Source of the DNA: Candidatus Eiseniibacteriota bacterium | GTDB lineage: Bacteria; Orphanbacterota; Orphanbacteria; Orphanbacterales; Orphanbacteraceae | NCBI GenBank assembly: GCA_043809585.1 | Contig: JBDROZ010000066.1 | Span: 1 to 44,134 of the forward strand | DNA length: 44,134 nucleotides | Reading direction: 5' to 3' | Part shown: piece by piece, positions 8,098 to 17,095 of the stretch | How the letters are laid out: each line of letters opens with the position of its first letter | Position numbering within the stretch: the stretch's first letter is position 1 | Notes under the pieces: generated by a model | The model's input: the letters and a program-made list of their open reading frames with translations, nothing else | Told to the model about the DNA's origin: nothing | Databases searched by the model: none | Position numbers and translations under genes: made by a program

Positions 8098-9791
8098 TCG
8101 CTCCACGACTCCCGGTGAAGGGTCCGGAAGATGAGCACGCCGCCGGAGGCCGCCCCCGCGAGGAGGGCGGCGCCGAACGCGGGCCGTCCGAGTATCAGGA
8201 AGCCGCCGCCGAAGAGAAAGGCGTAGAGGACCGCCGTGGCGCCGAGCCAGAGAACGATCCACCGGAGGAGGGAATCGTCGCTTCTCTCCCTGCGGTAAGG
8301 ACCCCACCTCCCGAGGGGCCGGACCCGGTCGCAGAACGCCCGGAGCCGTTCCTCGCTCGCCGGGGGGGTGAGGAAGGTCACCGGGACCCAAACCAGGGCC
8401 GAAATCCCGACGATCCACGGCAGGGTGTAGGGGAACTCGATCTGGGGGGCCCACGCCCGGAGCGCCGCGTTCGCCGCGAACGACGCGGTCATGGCGGAGA
8501 TCTCGGACCACGCGTTGATGCGCCACCAGAACCAGCGAAGAATGTAGACCAGCCCCGCGCCGGCGCCGAGGGAGATCGTCAGGATCCAGGCTCCGGTGAT
8601 CGTCTTGTACTGAAGGGCCACCAGGGAGGCGAGGCCCATGAGAAGCACCGTGGCGACCCGCGACACCGCCACGAGCCGTTTCTCCGACGCGCCGGGGTTC
8701 ACGAAGCGCCGGTAGAGGTCGTTCACCATGTACGAGGCGCCCCAGTTCAGATGGGTGTCGATAGTGGACATGAACGCCGCGAGAAGGGAGGCCACCAGGA
8801 TGCCCCGCCAGACCGGCGGCAGCACGAGGAAGGCCGTCTCGGGATAGGCCGCCTTGTGGTCGGTCATTTCCGGGAAGAGGACGAGGGAGGCGAGGGCGAC
8901 GAGCACCCACGGCCAGGTGCGCACGCCGTAGTGCATCACCTGGTACCAGAGGCACGCCCGCACCGCCTCCCGCTCGTCCTTCGAGGCGGACATGCGCTGC
9001 ACCGAGATGCCGCCGCCGTCGGCGCTGTCGGAGCACCACCAGAGCATGGTGAGGTAAAGAACGAACGCCGAGCCCGGAAGCCACGACTCGCCGAAGCCGG
9101 GAAGGGGCTCCAAAAGGGCGGCGGTCTTCTCGGGGCCGAGGGCGGCGGTCAGCCCATCGAGGCCGCCGATGGCCCGCCAGCCGAACCAGCCCGCGGCGGC
9201 TGCCCCCGCGAGGGCGAGGGCGAACTGGGCGAAATCGGTAATGACGACCCCCCAGAACCCGCCCATCACCGCGTAGGAGAGGGCCACGGCGCAGGAGATC
9301 GCCACCGCCGCGGTCTTGTCGACCCCCGGGAAGAGGGCGCCCACGATGGTCGCCATCGCGAGGATCACCCACCCCATGACGAGGCAGTTCTTCACCGTCG
9401 AGAAGTAGATCCCCCGGAACGCGCGGAGCGCCGCGGCGCTACGGCCGGAGTAGCGGATTTCGGTCACCTCCGCGTCGGTCACCACCCGTGCCCGGCGCCA
9501 GAAGCGGGCGAAGAGAAAGACGGACATCATGCCGCCGAAGGCGTAGGTCCACCAGAACCAGTTGCCGGCGACGCCGTGGGTGCGAACCATCTCGGTGACG
9601 GCGAGGGGCGTGTCGGAGGCGAAAGAGGTGGCCGCCATGGAAGTGCCGGCCAGCCACCAGGGGAGGGAGCGGCCGGAGAGGAAGTACTCCTCCATCCCCT
9701 TCCCCGCCCGACGGGCGAGGACCACCCCGACGCCGAGGGCGAAGAGGAGATAGGCGGCCACGATGGCCCAATCCACGGCTTCCAGGCGCAC
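8094..9791 (-). CDS. Sodium:solute symporter (SSS) family protein
   Basis: GTG after GGAG; EYFLSGRSLPWWLAGTSMAATSF, LAAFMSTIDTHLNWGASY; many TM helices. Confidence 0.9.
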   Translation of the reverse strand: MRLEAVDWAIVAAYLLFALGVGVVLARRAGKGMEEYFLSGRSLPWWLAGTSMAATSFASDTPLAVTEMVRTHGVAGNWFWWTYAFGGMMSVFLFARFWRRARVVTDAEVTEIRYSGRSAAALRAFRGIYFSTVKNCLVMGWVILAMATIVGALFPGVDKTAAVAISCAVALSYAVMGGFWGVVITDFAQFALALAGAAAAGWFGWRAIGGLDGLTAALGPEKTAALLEPLPGFGESWLPGSAFVLYLTMLWWCSDSADGGGISVQRMSASKDEREAVRACLWYQVMHYGVRTWPWVLVALASLVLFPEMTDHKAAYPETAFLVLPPVWRGILVASLLAAFMSTIDTHLNWGASYMVNDLYRRFVNPGASEKRLVAVSRVATVLLMGLASLVALQYKTITGAWILTISLGAGAGLVYILRWFWWRINAWSEISAMTASFAANAALRAWAPQIEFPYTLPWIVGISALVWVPVTFLTPPASEERLRAFCDRVRPLGRWGPYRRERSDDSLLRWIVLWLGATAVLYAFLFGGGFLILGRPAFGAALLAGAASGGVLIFRTLHRESWSE

Positions 9792-9930
9792 GATCCGTTC
9801 TCCCGGAGCGAGGGGCGGTCGAAACGGACGACCGGGTCGGGGCGCATTGTAGCACGAGGGGGTAGAGGCGGAGGAGATCGATCCCCGACCAGGCAATGAT
9901 CAAGTTTCTTCCACATTATTATAATGGGAC

Positions 9931-12900
9931 CTACGGCCTCGCGATCACCGCCTTGCCGATCACTTCGGTCGTCTCCCCTCCCCTTCCCGCGACGACCTTG
10001 TAGAGATAGACGCCGCTCGCCACCTCGTCTCCGTCCTGGTCTTCGCCGTTCCACGCTCCGGCGTTCGCGTTGTAGCCGATCCGTCCGCCGAGCCCCTCGA
10101 CGATCCGGATCCTCTTCCCCGAGACGGTGTAGATCTCGGCCCGGACCCGGTCCGCCGCGTCGGTGAGGTGGTAGTAGAAGCCCGTGGACCCTTCGCTCGG
10201 ATTCGGGTAGTTCAGGAGGTCGACGATGCGGAAGCGGTCCTCCACCCGGAACCGGTAGATCTTCTCGAGGCCCTGGACGGCGATGACGAGGGTGTGCTCC
10301 CCGGCGGCGAGCCGGGGTTTGGCCGCCGCGATCCACTGGAAGCCGTCGAGCTGCCGGAGCGTGTCGGTCCGGACGGACGCCCCGTCGATCCGGAACTCGA
10401 TGTCGGTATCGTTGACCGGCACGGGGGTCGTGATGGTCGCCCGGATCTCCGGCTCGGCGGGGACATAGTCGCCATCCAGAATCGACCGGCCGTTGAAGGT
10501 GATCGCGACTTCCACCACCACCCGGAGCGTGAAGGTCCCCTCCCGCCCGGCGCCGTCGACCGCCCGGAGGAGAATGTCGTACTCGCCGAAGCGGATCTCC
10601 GGCTCGTAGGTGATGACCCACGCCCGGCCGTTGTCGGCGAGCGACGTGTCCCGGGCCACGGTGAAGAGGGAGCGCTCGACCTCCTCGCCCCCCTCGGTGA
10701 TGCCGAGGGAGAGGGAATCCACGAGCACCTCGTCGTGGATCCGAGCCTCGATGCTCACCGGAGTGCCGTCCGCCTTTCCTCTCAGGCGGCCGCCGTCCTC
10801 CGCCGGCGCGCCGTCCACGGTCACCTCGAAGGCGGGCGGGCGGGCGTCGACGGTGAGAGCCGGATCGCCGAAGAGAATGTACCGCTGGATCACGTCGACC
10901 CCTTCGTGCTCGACCGCCACGAAGTCGTTCATCCCGAGGTAGAACATCTCCCCGAGGGTCCACCGGGGGATGCCTCCGTACCAGGGGGGGAGGCTCCCGG
11001 CGTCCGCGCCGGGCACGACGCCGGGGGTCTGATAGAAGTACTTCAGCACCGACTCGTTCAAGATGAGATTGACGCGGAGGTATTCGATCGCCGTGGAGCC
11101 GAAGACGGCGATCGCGCCCCCTTCTTCGAAGATCATCATCTCCTCGGGGAGGGAACGATAAGGAACGAGGAGACTGGCGGGGAGGAACCTCTCGAACTCG
11201 CTGATCGAACACCCGTAGCCCATGAAGATGTACGGCCGGCCTTCGTTCTTCGATCGCTCCCGGATGTCCAGGCTGGAGTTCCCCCGATAGTCGGAGCCCG
11301 AGCGCAGGATGAGTTCATGGGTCAAAACGTTCCGGTTTCCGTGCCCCTGGAAGTTGATCAGCCCCGCCCCTTCGCCGTTGATCACGTCGAAGATCGCGCC
11401 GGTCGCGCCGTCCCGGCAGAGCCTGATCGTGCAGTCCACGTCGGCCACGTTCGGATTGGTCGGGTCGGGCCCGTACGGGCAGAGAGGATGGGCGACATCG
11501 CTGAACCGGGAGAGGAAGACGTTGACCGTGTCGATTCCCCGGGCGGCGGTCTCCTTCAGCTCCCGGGCCCAGAGGGCCGATTTCACCTCGAATGCGGTCT
11601 GTCCCAGGTTCTTGATCGGGCCCGACTCGTAGGTCCACGCGTCGTCGGCGAGGAAGACCGCCCGGCTCCGCCAGCGATCGTCATCCTTGAAGGTCTCGTA
11701 GGCGATCGTCTTCTCCGCCATCCTCACCGCTTCCTCGGCCGTCATGGCGGGGAACCGCCCGATCAGGATTTCCGGGAGCGGGTCCTGGTCTCCGTCGAAG
11801 GTGACGTACGCGAGATCGCTCACGTCCCAGTGGTCGCCACTCCCCTCGACGCTCCCCCGGTAGGTCGGCCAGGCGGGCACGTAGTCGAACTCGCCGCTGA
11901 GGGAGTTCGTCCCGACGCCCCGGTAGTCTTCGTAGCCGTCCCCCACGAGGAGTGCGGCAGAGGGGGGCTCGGACCAGCGGAGGAAGGCGTATTGCAGGTA
12001 GTTGCGTATCGCCCGGACATCCTTCGGGCCGCCCTGAAACTCGTTGTAAATGTCGCTTAGGGCGACCACTCTCGCCGTCCGCCCCCCCGACGACCGATGT
12101 TCGGCGAGAGGCGCCATGGCCCCCGCGAAGTCGTCGTGGGCGATGATCAAGTAGTCCGCCTCTTCCTCGGCGATCGTCGTGGGGGGGGCCGCATCGACGG
12201 AGTGGGACGGCAGCGCCCGGAGGCCGCTCCCGGAGGCGGCGGCGTACCGCTTCGGCCCGGAGACCGAGTCCTGGAAGACCACGGTCCACGCCCCCCCCTC
12301 CGCGCGGACCGAGTCGGCAAGCACGCGGACCGGCGCGTAGGGGTCCGTGAGATCGAAGAGGAGCACATCCCGCGTCGTGAATCCCCGGAGCTCCATTTGC
12401 ACGGGCCCGCCGGTCTCGCCGTTCGAGAAGACCAGATAGTCGCCGCGCGCCGCGTAGAGAAAACCGGCGTGCACCTCGTACCAATCGAGAAAGCCCCCCG
12501 CGCCGTCCACGTTCGTGTTCTCCGGAGAGTCGCCGCGAAAACCGTAATAGTAGAATCGGTTCACCCCCCCGCGGAGGACCGAGCCGTCGAGATCTCGGTC
12601 GGTTTTCACGAGGGCGCCCCGTTCCCCCTTCACCACCAAGTTCAGCACCGTGTCGCCGTTCGCCTCGTTGGTCAGAAGATACCGGTGATAGTCCCGGCCC
12701 ACCGTGGCCCCCACGGTCATCGCCTTGATCGCGTAGGGGGCCGACGGGTCGACCGCCGGCAGGTCGATCTCGGTGCTTCGGCTCGGCGGCGTGATCTCCC
12801 CCATGGAGAAGTAGAGATCGAGGGTCTCGGCCGGGGCCTTGATGTTGTAGTACGAGTCCACCTCCCACCGGACCGAGTCGGGGAACGAGGGGAGAGGCGA

Positions 12901-14019
12901 GAGGCCCTCGTGGCCGAGCATGGCGGGCCGGGTTTCCATCTCCCGCCTCGATCCTTCGACGGAAAGGAAGTAGACCGAGCGGTCGTCGTACCGGTCGTCC
13001 CAGTCGGCCCTCATCCGGTCCTCCCGGAAGCCGGGGAGCCAGGCGGCGAGGGCTTCGCCTGCCCCGAAGAGCCCGTCGCCGTTCCCGTCGAGAATGTGGA
13101 AGGGGATCGACACCTCGGTGAACGGATCGCCCCCCGACCGGAGGGCGTCGTCGTCGAACCCCCGGCGGTAGAGGGCGAGGGAGGAGAACGGCGCCCTCTC
13201 GGGAAAGCCGGCGCTCCGGAGGTCTTCGAAGCGGATGCGGTAGAGCCCCCCCCCCTTCACCCGGATCTTGTACTCGTCGGCGAGCCTCATCGACTTCCGG
13301 AGAGGGGCCGCCGGGCGGACCGCCCGGCTCCGGAAGCCCCGCCCCTGGTCGTAGTTCACCACCGTACCCCGGTAGAGCCGCTCGAAACCTCCCCCATCCC
13401 CCGCGGGCTCGCGGGCGATCTCCGCCCTCTTCGACCGATCGGGCACGAAGGTGACTTCGATGTCGAGGCTTCGGTAGACCCGGAGATCCCCGGTGGCCGG
13501 ATTGACCTGGAAGAAGGAGACCCGGAGGGGCACGAGATCCTGATGGCGGAGCCGGGCGGGCCGGCCCACCGTCACACGCTCCTCCGGCCACGGAATCGAG
13601 CGGCCGTAGAAGCCACGGTCCAGGGCCGGTACTTGGAGGGGCGTCCCGTTCCGCATCGTGTCCCGGCGGGCGGGCTCGACCGGCGCTCCCGGAAGGTCTT
13701 CGTGCTCCTCCCCCACGACCCGGGCCGTCGCCGTGTGGCCCGGCGGAACGGCGACCCAGAAACCCTGCACGGGAAGATCGGGGCGGCCGGGCTCTCCGGC
13801 GCGGCCGGTTCCGAAGCTCTCGATCCGCCTCCAAACGCGCCCCTCCTCCTCGATTTCACTCACCGCGAATCGGGCCGGCGTCACCCTGAGGTGGAGGCCC
13901 CTGTCCTCCAGGGAGGTCACTTCCGCGGCGGGGCCCGGCGAGGCGCCGAGGGCCAGTAAGAGGGCCGCCGCCGGGATGGACGCCCAACCTGTTATCCAAA
14001 AACGAGATAGAAAGGGCAT
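9931..14019 (-). CDS. C25 (gingipain/PorU-like) cysteine peptidase with propeptide and C-terminal FlgD/T9SS-type Ig-like domain
   Basis: Signal peptide; GEPGRPDLP propeptide; DYLIIAH, IYNEF, LLVGDG, IGRFP; His/Cys dyad NFQGHG...GYGCS; YILFGDPA; tail LNYPNP...IYTVSGKRIR...WNGEDQDGDEVASGVYLY. Confidence 0.85.
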   Translation of the reverse strand: MPFLSRFWITGWASIPAAALLLALGASPGPAAEVTSLEDRGLHLRVTPARFAVSEIEEEGRVWRRIESFGTGRAGEPGRPDLPVQGFWVAVPPGHTATARVVGEEHEDLPGAPVEPARRDTMRNGTPLQVPALDRGFYGRSIPWPEERVTVGRPARLRHQDLVPLRVSFFQVNPATGDLRVYRSLDIEVTFVPDRSKRAEIAREPAGDGGGFERLYRGTVVNYDQGRGFRSRAVRPAAPLRKSMRLADEYKIRVKGGGLYRIRFEDLRSAGFPERAPFSSLALYRRGFDDDALRSGGDPFTEVSIPFHILDGNGDGLFGAGEALAAWLPGFREDRMRADWDDRYDDRSVYFLSVEGSRREMETRPAMLGHEGLSPLPSFPDSVRWEVDSYYNIKAPAETLDLYFSMGEITPPSRSTEIDLPAVDPSAPYAIKAMTVGATVGRDYHRYLLTNEANGDTVLNLVVKGERGALVKTDRDLDGSVLRGGVNRFYYYGFRGDSPENTNVDGAGGFLDWYEVHAGFLYAARGDYLVFSNGETGGPVQMELRGFTTRDVLLFDLTDPYAPVRVLADSVRAEGGAWTVVFQDSVSGPKRYAAASGSGLRALPSHSVDAAPPTTIAEEEADYLIIAHDDFAGAMAPLAEHRSSGGRTARVVALSDIYNEFQGGPKDVRAIRNYLQYAFLRWSEPPSAALLVGDGYEDYRGVGTNSLSGEFDYVPAWPTYRGSVEGSGDHWDVSDLAYVTFDGDQDPLPEILIGRFPAMTAEEAVRMAEKTIAYETFKDDDRWRSRAVFLADDAWTYESGPIKNLGQTAFEVKSALWARELKETAARGIDTVNVFLSRFSDVAHPLCPYGPDPTNPNVADVDCTIRLCRDGATGAIFDVINGEGAGLINFQGHGNRNVLTHELILRSGSDYRGNSSLDIRERSKNEGRPYIFMGYGCSISEFERFLPASLLVPYRSLPEEMMIFEEGGAIAVFGSTAIEYLRVNLILNESVLKYFYQTPGVVPGADAGSLPPWYGGIPRWTLGEMFYLGMNDFVAVEHEGVDVIQRYILFGDPALTVDARPPAFEVTVDGAPAEDGGRLRGKADGTPVSIEARIHDEVLVDSLSLGITEGGEEVERSLFTVARDTSLADNGRAWVITYEPEIRFGEYDILLRAVDGAGREGTFTLRVVVEVAITFNGRSILDGDYVPAEPEIRATITTPVPVNDTDIEFRIDGASVRTDTLRQLDGFQWIAAAKPRLAAGEHTLVIAVQGLEKIYRFRVEDRFRIVDLLNYPNPSEGSTGFYYHLTDAADRVRAEIYTVSGKRIRIVEGLGGRIGYNANAGAWNGEDQDGDEVASGVYLYKVVAGRGGETTEVIGKAVIARP

Positions 14020-14089
14020 TCGACTTTCCTTCGGGGAAAGGGTCCTCACGCCGCGGATGGGGAACCGCGGATTCCGGTCTCTTCTTTCC

Positions 14090-14196
14090 AAAATAGCAAT
14101 CTCGGGGCCGGACGGTCAATTCCGTCGACTTCACCGCGTCCGGACCGGAGGGGACGGGATCTTCGGTTTGACCCCCCTCCCATCCCCTGCTACGAT
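14090..14196. promoter_or_regulatory. Back-to-back sigma70-type promoters for the C25 and FG-GAP genes
   Basis: Minus: TTGACC(14119-14114)-N18-TATTTT; plus: TTGACC(14168)-N17-TACGAT(14191); both with TGC extended -10. Confidence 0.45.
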
Positions 14197-14232
14197 TCGC
14201 CCGGTCGGCATGCGCCCTAAGGAGACGGGACC

Positions 14233-15774
14233 ATGAAGATTCACATCTCGCTCGCCCTCGCCCTCACCCTCGCCGCCCCTTCGGCGGCCGCGGTGAAGCA
14301 CGATCTTCAGTACGCCGAGAAGGCGGTTCTCTTCGGGGAGTCCCGGGGGGACCAACTCGGCCACGCCGTTGCTTCGGGCGACTTCGACGGGGACGGCATC
14401 GACGATCTGGTCGTGGGCGCGCCCGGTGCGGACGGGAGAGCGACGGAAGCGCGGGACCTGGGCAAAGTCTACCTCTTCTTCGGGGGGCCGGAGCGCACCC
14501 TCGCCGCCGGGGCACCCGCCCTGTCGGAGGCGGGCGTGGTCTTCGTCGGCGAGGACCCGAAGGAAAACCTCGGCCGCCGCCTGGCCGTGACGGACATGGA
14601 CGGTGACGGACGGGACGATCTCGTGATCGGCACCATGTACGGGAACGGCCCCGACGACGACCGGAGCGGGTGCGGCGAAGCGCGGGTCGTCTTCGGGCGG
14701 ACCCGGAGCACATTCCCCCCCCTCTGGGACTTCGCCGTGCTCGACGCGGACCTGATCGTCTACGGGGCGGAGACCAACGACTACCTGACGGGCGAAATGG
14801 CCGCCGGGGACCTCGACGGGGACGGCCGCGGGGACCTCTTCCTCGGCGCGTTCTACGGGGACGGACCGGAGGACGACCGGCACCACGCGGGCGAAGTTTC
14901 GATCTTGTTCGGCGGCCCCCGGGAACGGCTTCCGGGGTCGGTCGACCTCGCGCGCACCCCCCTCCCTACGATCTACGGCCGGGAGGCTTCCGACACTTTC
15001 GGCCGGGGGATCGCGTCGGGCGACTTCGACGGCGACGGGCGGGACGACCTCCTCGTGGGCGCCTACTACGGGGACGGACCGGAGAACACGCGCATCAACG
15101 GAGGGGAGGCGTATGTTCTCTTCGGCGGTCCCCGGAGCCGTTTCTCCGGCGTCATCGACCTCGCCGCCGGCGCCCCCCACGTCATCTACGGCGAGCAGGA
15201 CGGGGACGTGGCCGGGCGGTCCGTGGCGGCGGCGGACATGAACGGCGACGGGCGGGCGGACATCGTCATCAGCGGCCACGGCGCCTCCCCCGAGGGGGAG
15301 GGGAACCCATCGAGCAACGGCGGAGTCCTCTACATCGTCTATGGGCGCCCCGCGGAGGACCTTCCCCCCGTGCTCGATCTCCGGGAGGACGGGGACGTCA
15401 AAATCCTCGGGCGCTGGGACGAAGACAACTTGGGTTGGCCGGTCCGCCGGGGGCGCTGGGGCCCGGACCGGGACGCTCTCCTCGTGATGGCGAAACGTTC
15501 CGACGGCGGAGACGTGGGCCGGCGAGCGGCGGGCGAAGCGTTTCTCATCCCCTCCCCCCGACCCCGGGCTTTCCGGCCCGTGGAGCCCGTGGACGACGCC
15601 GCCCTCTTCTCTCTCGTCGGGATGGACGAGAACGACCACCTCGGATTCGACGGCGCGATCTTCGACTGGAACGGCGACGGCCGCCCGGAGATCGCCGTGG
15701 GCGCCAAGGAGGCGGGTGGACCGCGCAACCAGGAGGCCCGGACCGGAGAAGTGATCGTCTACTTCGGTCAATAG
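14233..15774 (+). CDS. Secreted FG-GAP (integrin-alpha-like beta-propeller) repeat protein
   Basis: AAGGAG RBS, signal peptide, repeated GDFDGDGxDDLxxGA ... GEVYxxFG units. Confidence 0.9.
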   Translation: MKIHISLALALTLAAPSAAAVKHDLQYAEKAVLFGESRGDQLGHAVASGDFDGDGIDDLVVGAPGADGRATEARDLGKVYLFFGGPERTLAAGAPALSEAGVVFVGEDPKENLGRRLAVTDMDGDGRDDLVIGTMYGNGPDDDRSGCGEARVVFGRTRSTFPPLWDFAVLDADLIVYGAETNDYLTGEMAAGDLDGDGRGDLFLGAFYGDGPEDDRHHAGEVSILFGGPRERLPGSVDLARTPLPTIYGREASDTFGRGIASGDFDGDGRDDLLVGAYYGDGPENTRINGGEAYVLFGGPRSRFSGVIDLAAGAPHVIYGEQDGDVAGRSVAAADMNGDGRADIVISGHGASPEGEGNPSSNGGVLYIVYGRPAEDLPPVLDLREDGDVKILGRWDEDNLGWPVRRGRWGPDRDALLVMAKRSDGGDVGRRAAGEAFLIPSPRPRAFRPVEPVDDAALFSLVGMDENDHLGFDGAIFDWNGDGRPEIAVGAKEAGGPRNQEARTGEVIVYFGQ

Positions 15775-15778
15775 CGGG

Positions 15779-17095
15779 CTACTTGCCCTGCCGCTTCTTG
15801 CGCGCTTCCTCCACGTCGGGAAAGGTCCACCCTTCTCCCCCCTCGGTCTTGGCGGGCACCTCTTCCCCCTTCTCCAAGTAGAAGAGATAGTGGCTCGCTT
15901 CCTTCGCCTCCCAGCCGTAGGGGGCCATGGCGATCACTTTGTTCCACGTTTCCGCCGACTTCTCCTGGTCGCCCCGCCGGTAGAGGATCCGGGCGAGATC
16001 GACCCATCCGAGAAGGTAGTCCGGGTCGACATCGAGGGACCTCCGAACGTACTCCTCCGCCTTGGCGAGGTCTCCCTTGTCCTTGTAGCTCATCCCGAGA
16101 TTGCGCCAGGCGAGCTGGTTCAATTCGCCGTGGCGGAGGGCGGTCTCGTAGACGCGGATGGCGTCGTCACTCTCCCCCCGGGTCCGGTGTAGGATGCCGA
16201 GCTGCATGTACGCCTCGACGAATTCGGGGTCGAGGAAGGCGGCGAGCTCGAGGATCTTCCGCCCGAAGTGGTACTGGTCGGTCCCCCGGCACTGGATCCC
16301 GACGTAGAGGAGCCGGTCCAGATATCCCGGGTCCACCTCGAGGGTCCGCGCCCGGAGCCGCTCCGATTCCTCGACGTCGCCCGTCTCCCGAAGAACGAGG
16401 GCGAGCACGGAGAGCAGCTCCGGGTCGTCGCCGAGATCGTCCCGGAGATCCGAGAGAACCGACGCCGCTTCCTCCCCCCTCCCCTCGAAGGCGAGTGTGG
16501 TCCCGAGCTCCAGGCCGATCAGGGGATCGTTGGGGTCCAGCTCGTGGGCCCGGCGGAGTTCCGCCATCTCCTTCTCCACGTCCCGGCGCGCCCGGTAGGC
16601 GAGCCCGAGATAGAGATGGGCCTTGGCACGGTTCGGATCGAGGGAGACCGCCTTTTCCAGCACGCCGACGGCGTCCCGGGGACGGTACGCCTCGAGCAAG
16701 ACCCGGCCGTATTCCTCCCATCCCCGGGCGAAGTCCTCGTTTCTCTCAAGAAACTCGTCGAACGCCTTGTACTGGAGCAGCGAGCGGGTGAGCAGGGTGA
16801 TCTCCGCGATCCGGACCGCCCGGTTCCCGGGATTCGCGGCGGCTTTCTCCTCGTACTCCGCACGGACTCTCTCCCTCTCGCCGAGGAGGGCCCGGAATTG
16901 AGTGAAAGCGATGTGGGCGTCCACGCTCTCCGGTTCGTCGGAGATCCAACGCTCCAGGAGGGCCCGCGCCTCCGCGACGTTTCCGTCTCGATAGAGGGCG
17001 GCCGCCCGGCGCCCGGTCTCCTCGGATGCGTGGGCGGCGGCGAGATAGAGGGGGATTCCGAGAATCGCGACGAGGGTACTGGCTCTCCGGAACAT
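15779..17095 (-). CDS. Secreted TPR-repeat protein
   Basis: ATG overlapping upstream TGA, AGGAGG RBS; signal peptide; TPRs such as AVSLDPNRAKAHLYLGLAY. Confidence 0.85.
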   Translation of the reverse strand: MFRRASTLVAILGIPLYLAAAHASEETGRRAAALYRDGNVAEARALLERWISDEPESVDAHIAFTQFRALLGERERVRAEYEEKAAANPGNRAVRIAEITLLTRSLLQYKAFDEFLERNEDFARGWEEYGRVLLEAYRPRDAVGVLEKAVSLDPNRAKAHLYLGLAYRARRDVEKEMAELRRAHELDPNDPLIGLELGTTLAFEGRGEEAASVLSDLRDDLGDDPELLSVLALVLRETGDVEESERLRARTLEVDPGYLDRLLYVGIQCRGTDQYHFGRKILELAAFLDPEFVEAYMQLGILHRTRGESDDAIRVYETALRHGELNQLAWRNLGMSYKDKGDLAKAEEYVRRSLDVDPDYLLGWVDLARILYRRGDQEKSAETWNKVIAMAPYGWEAKEASHYLFYLEKGEEVPAKTEGGEGWTFPDVEEARKKRQGK

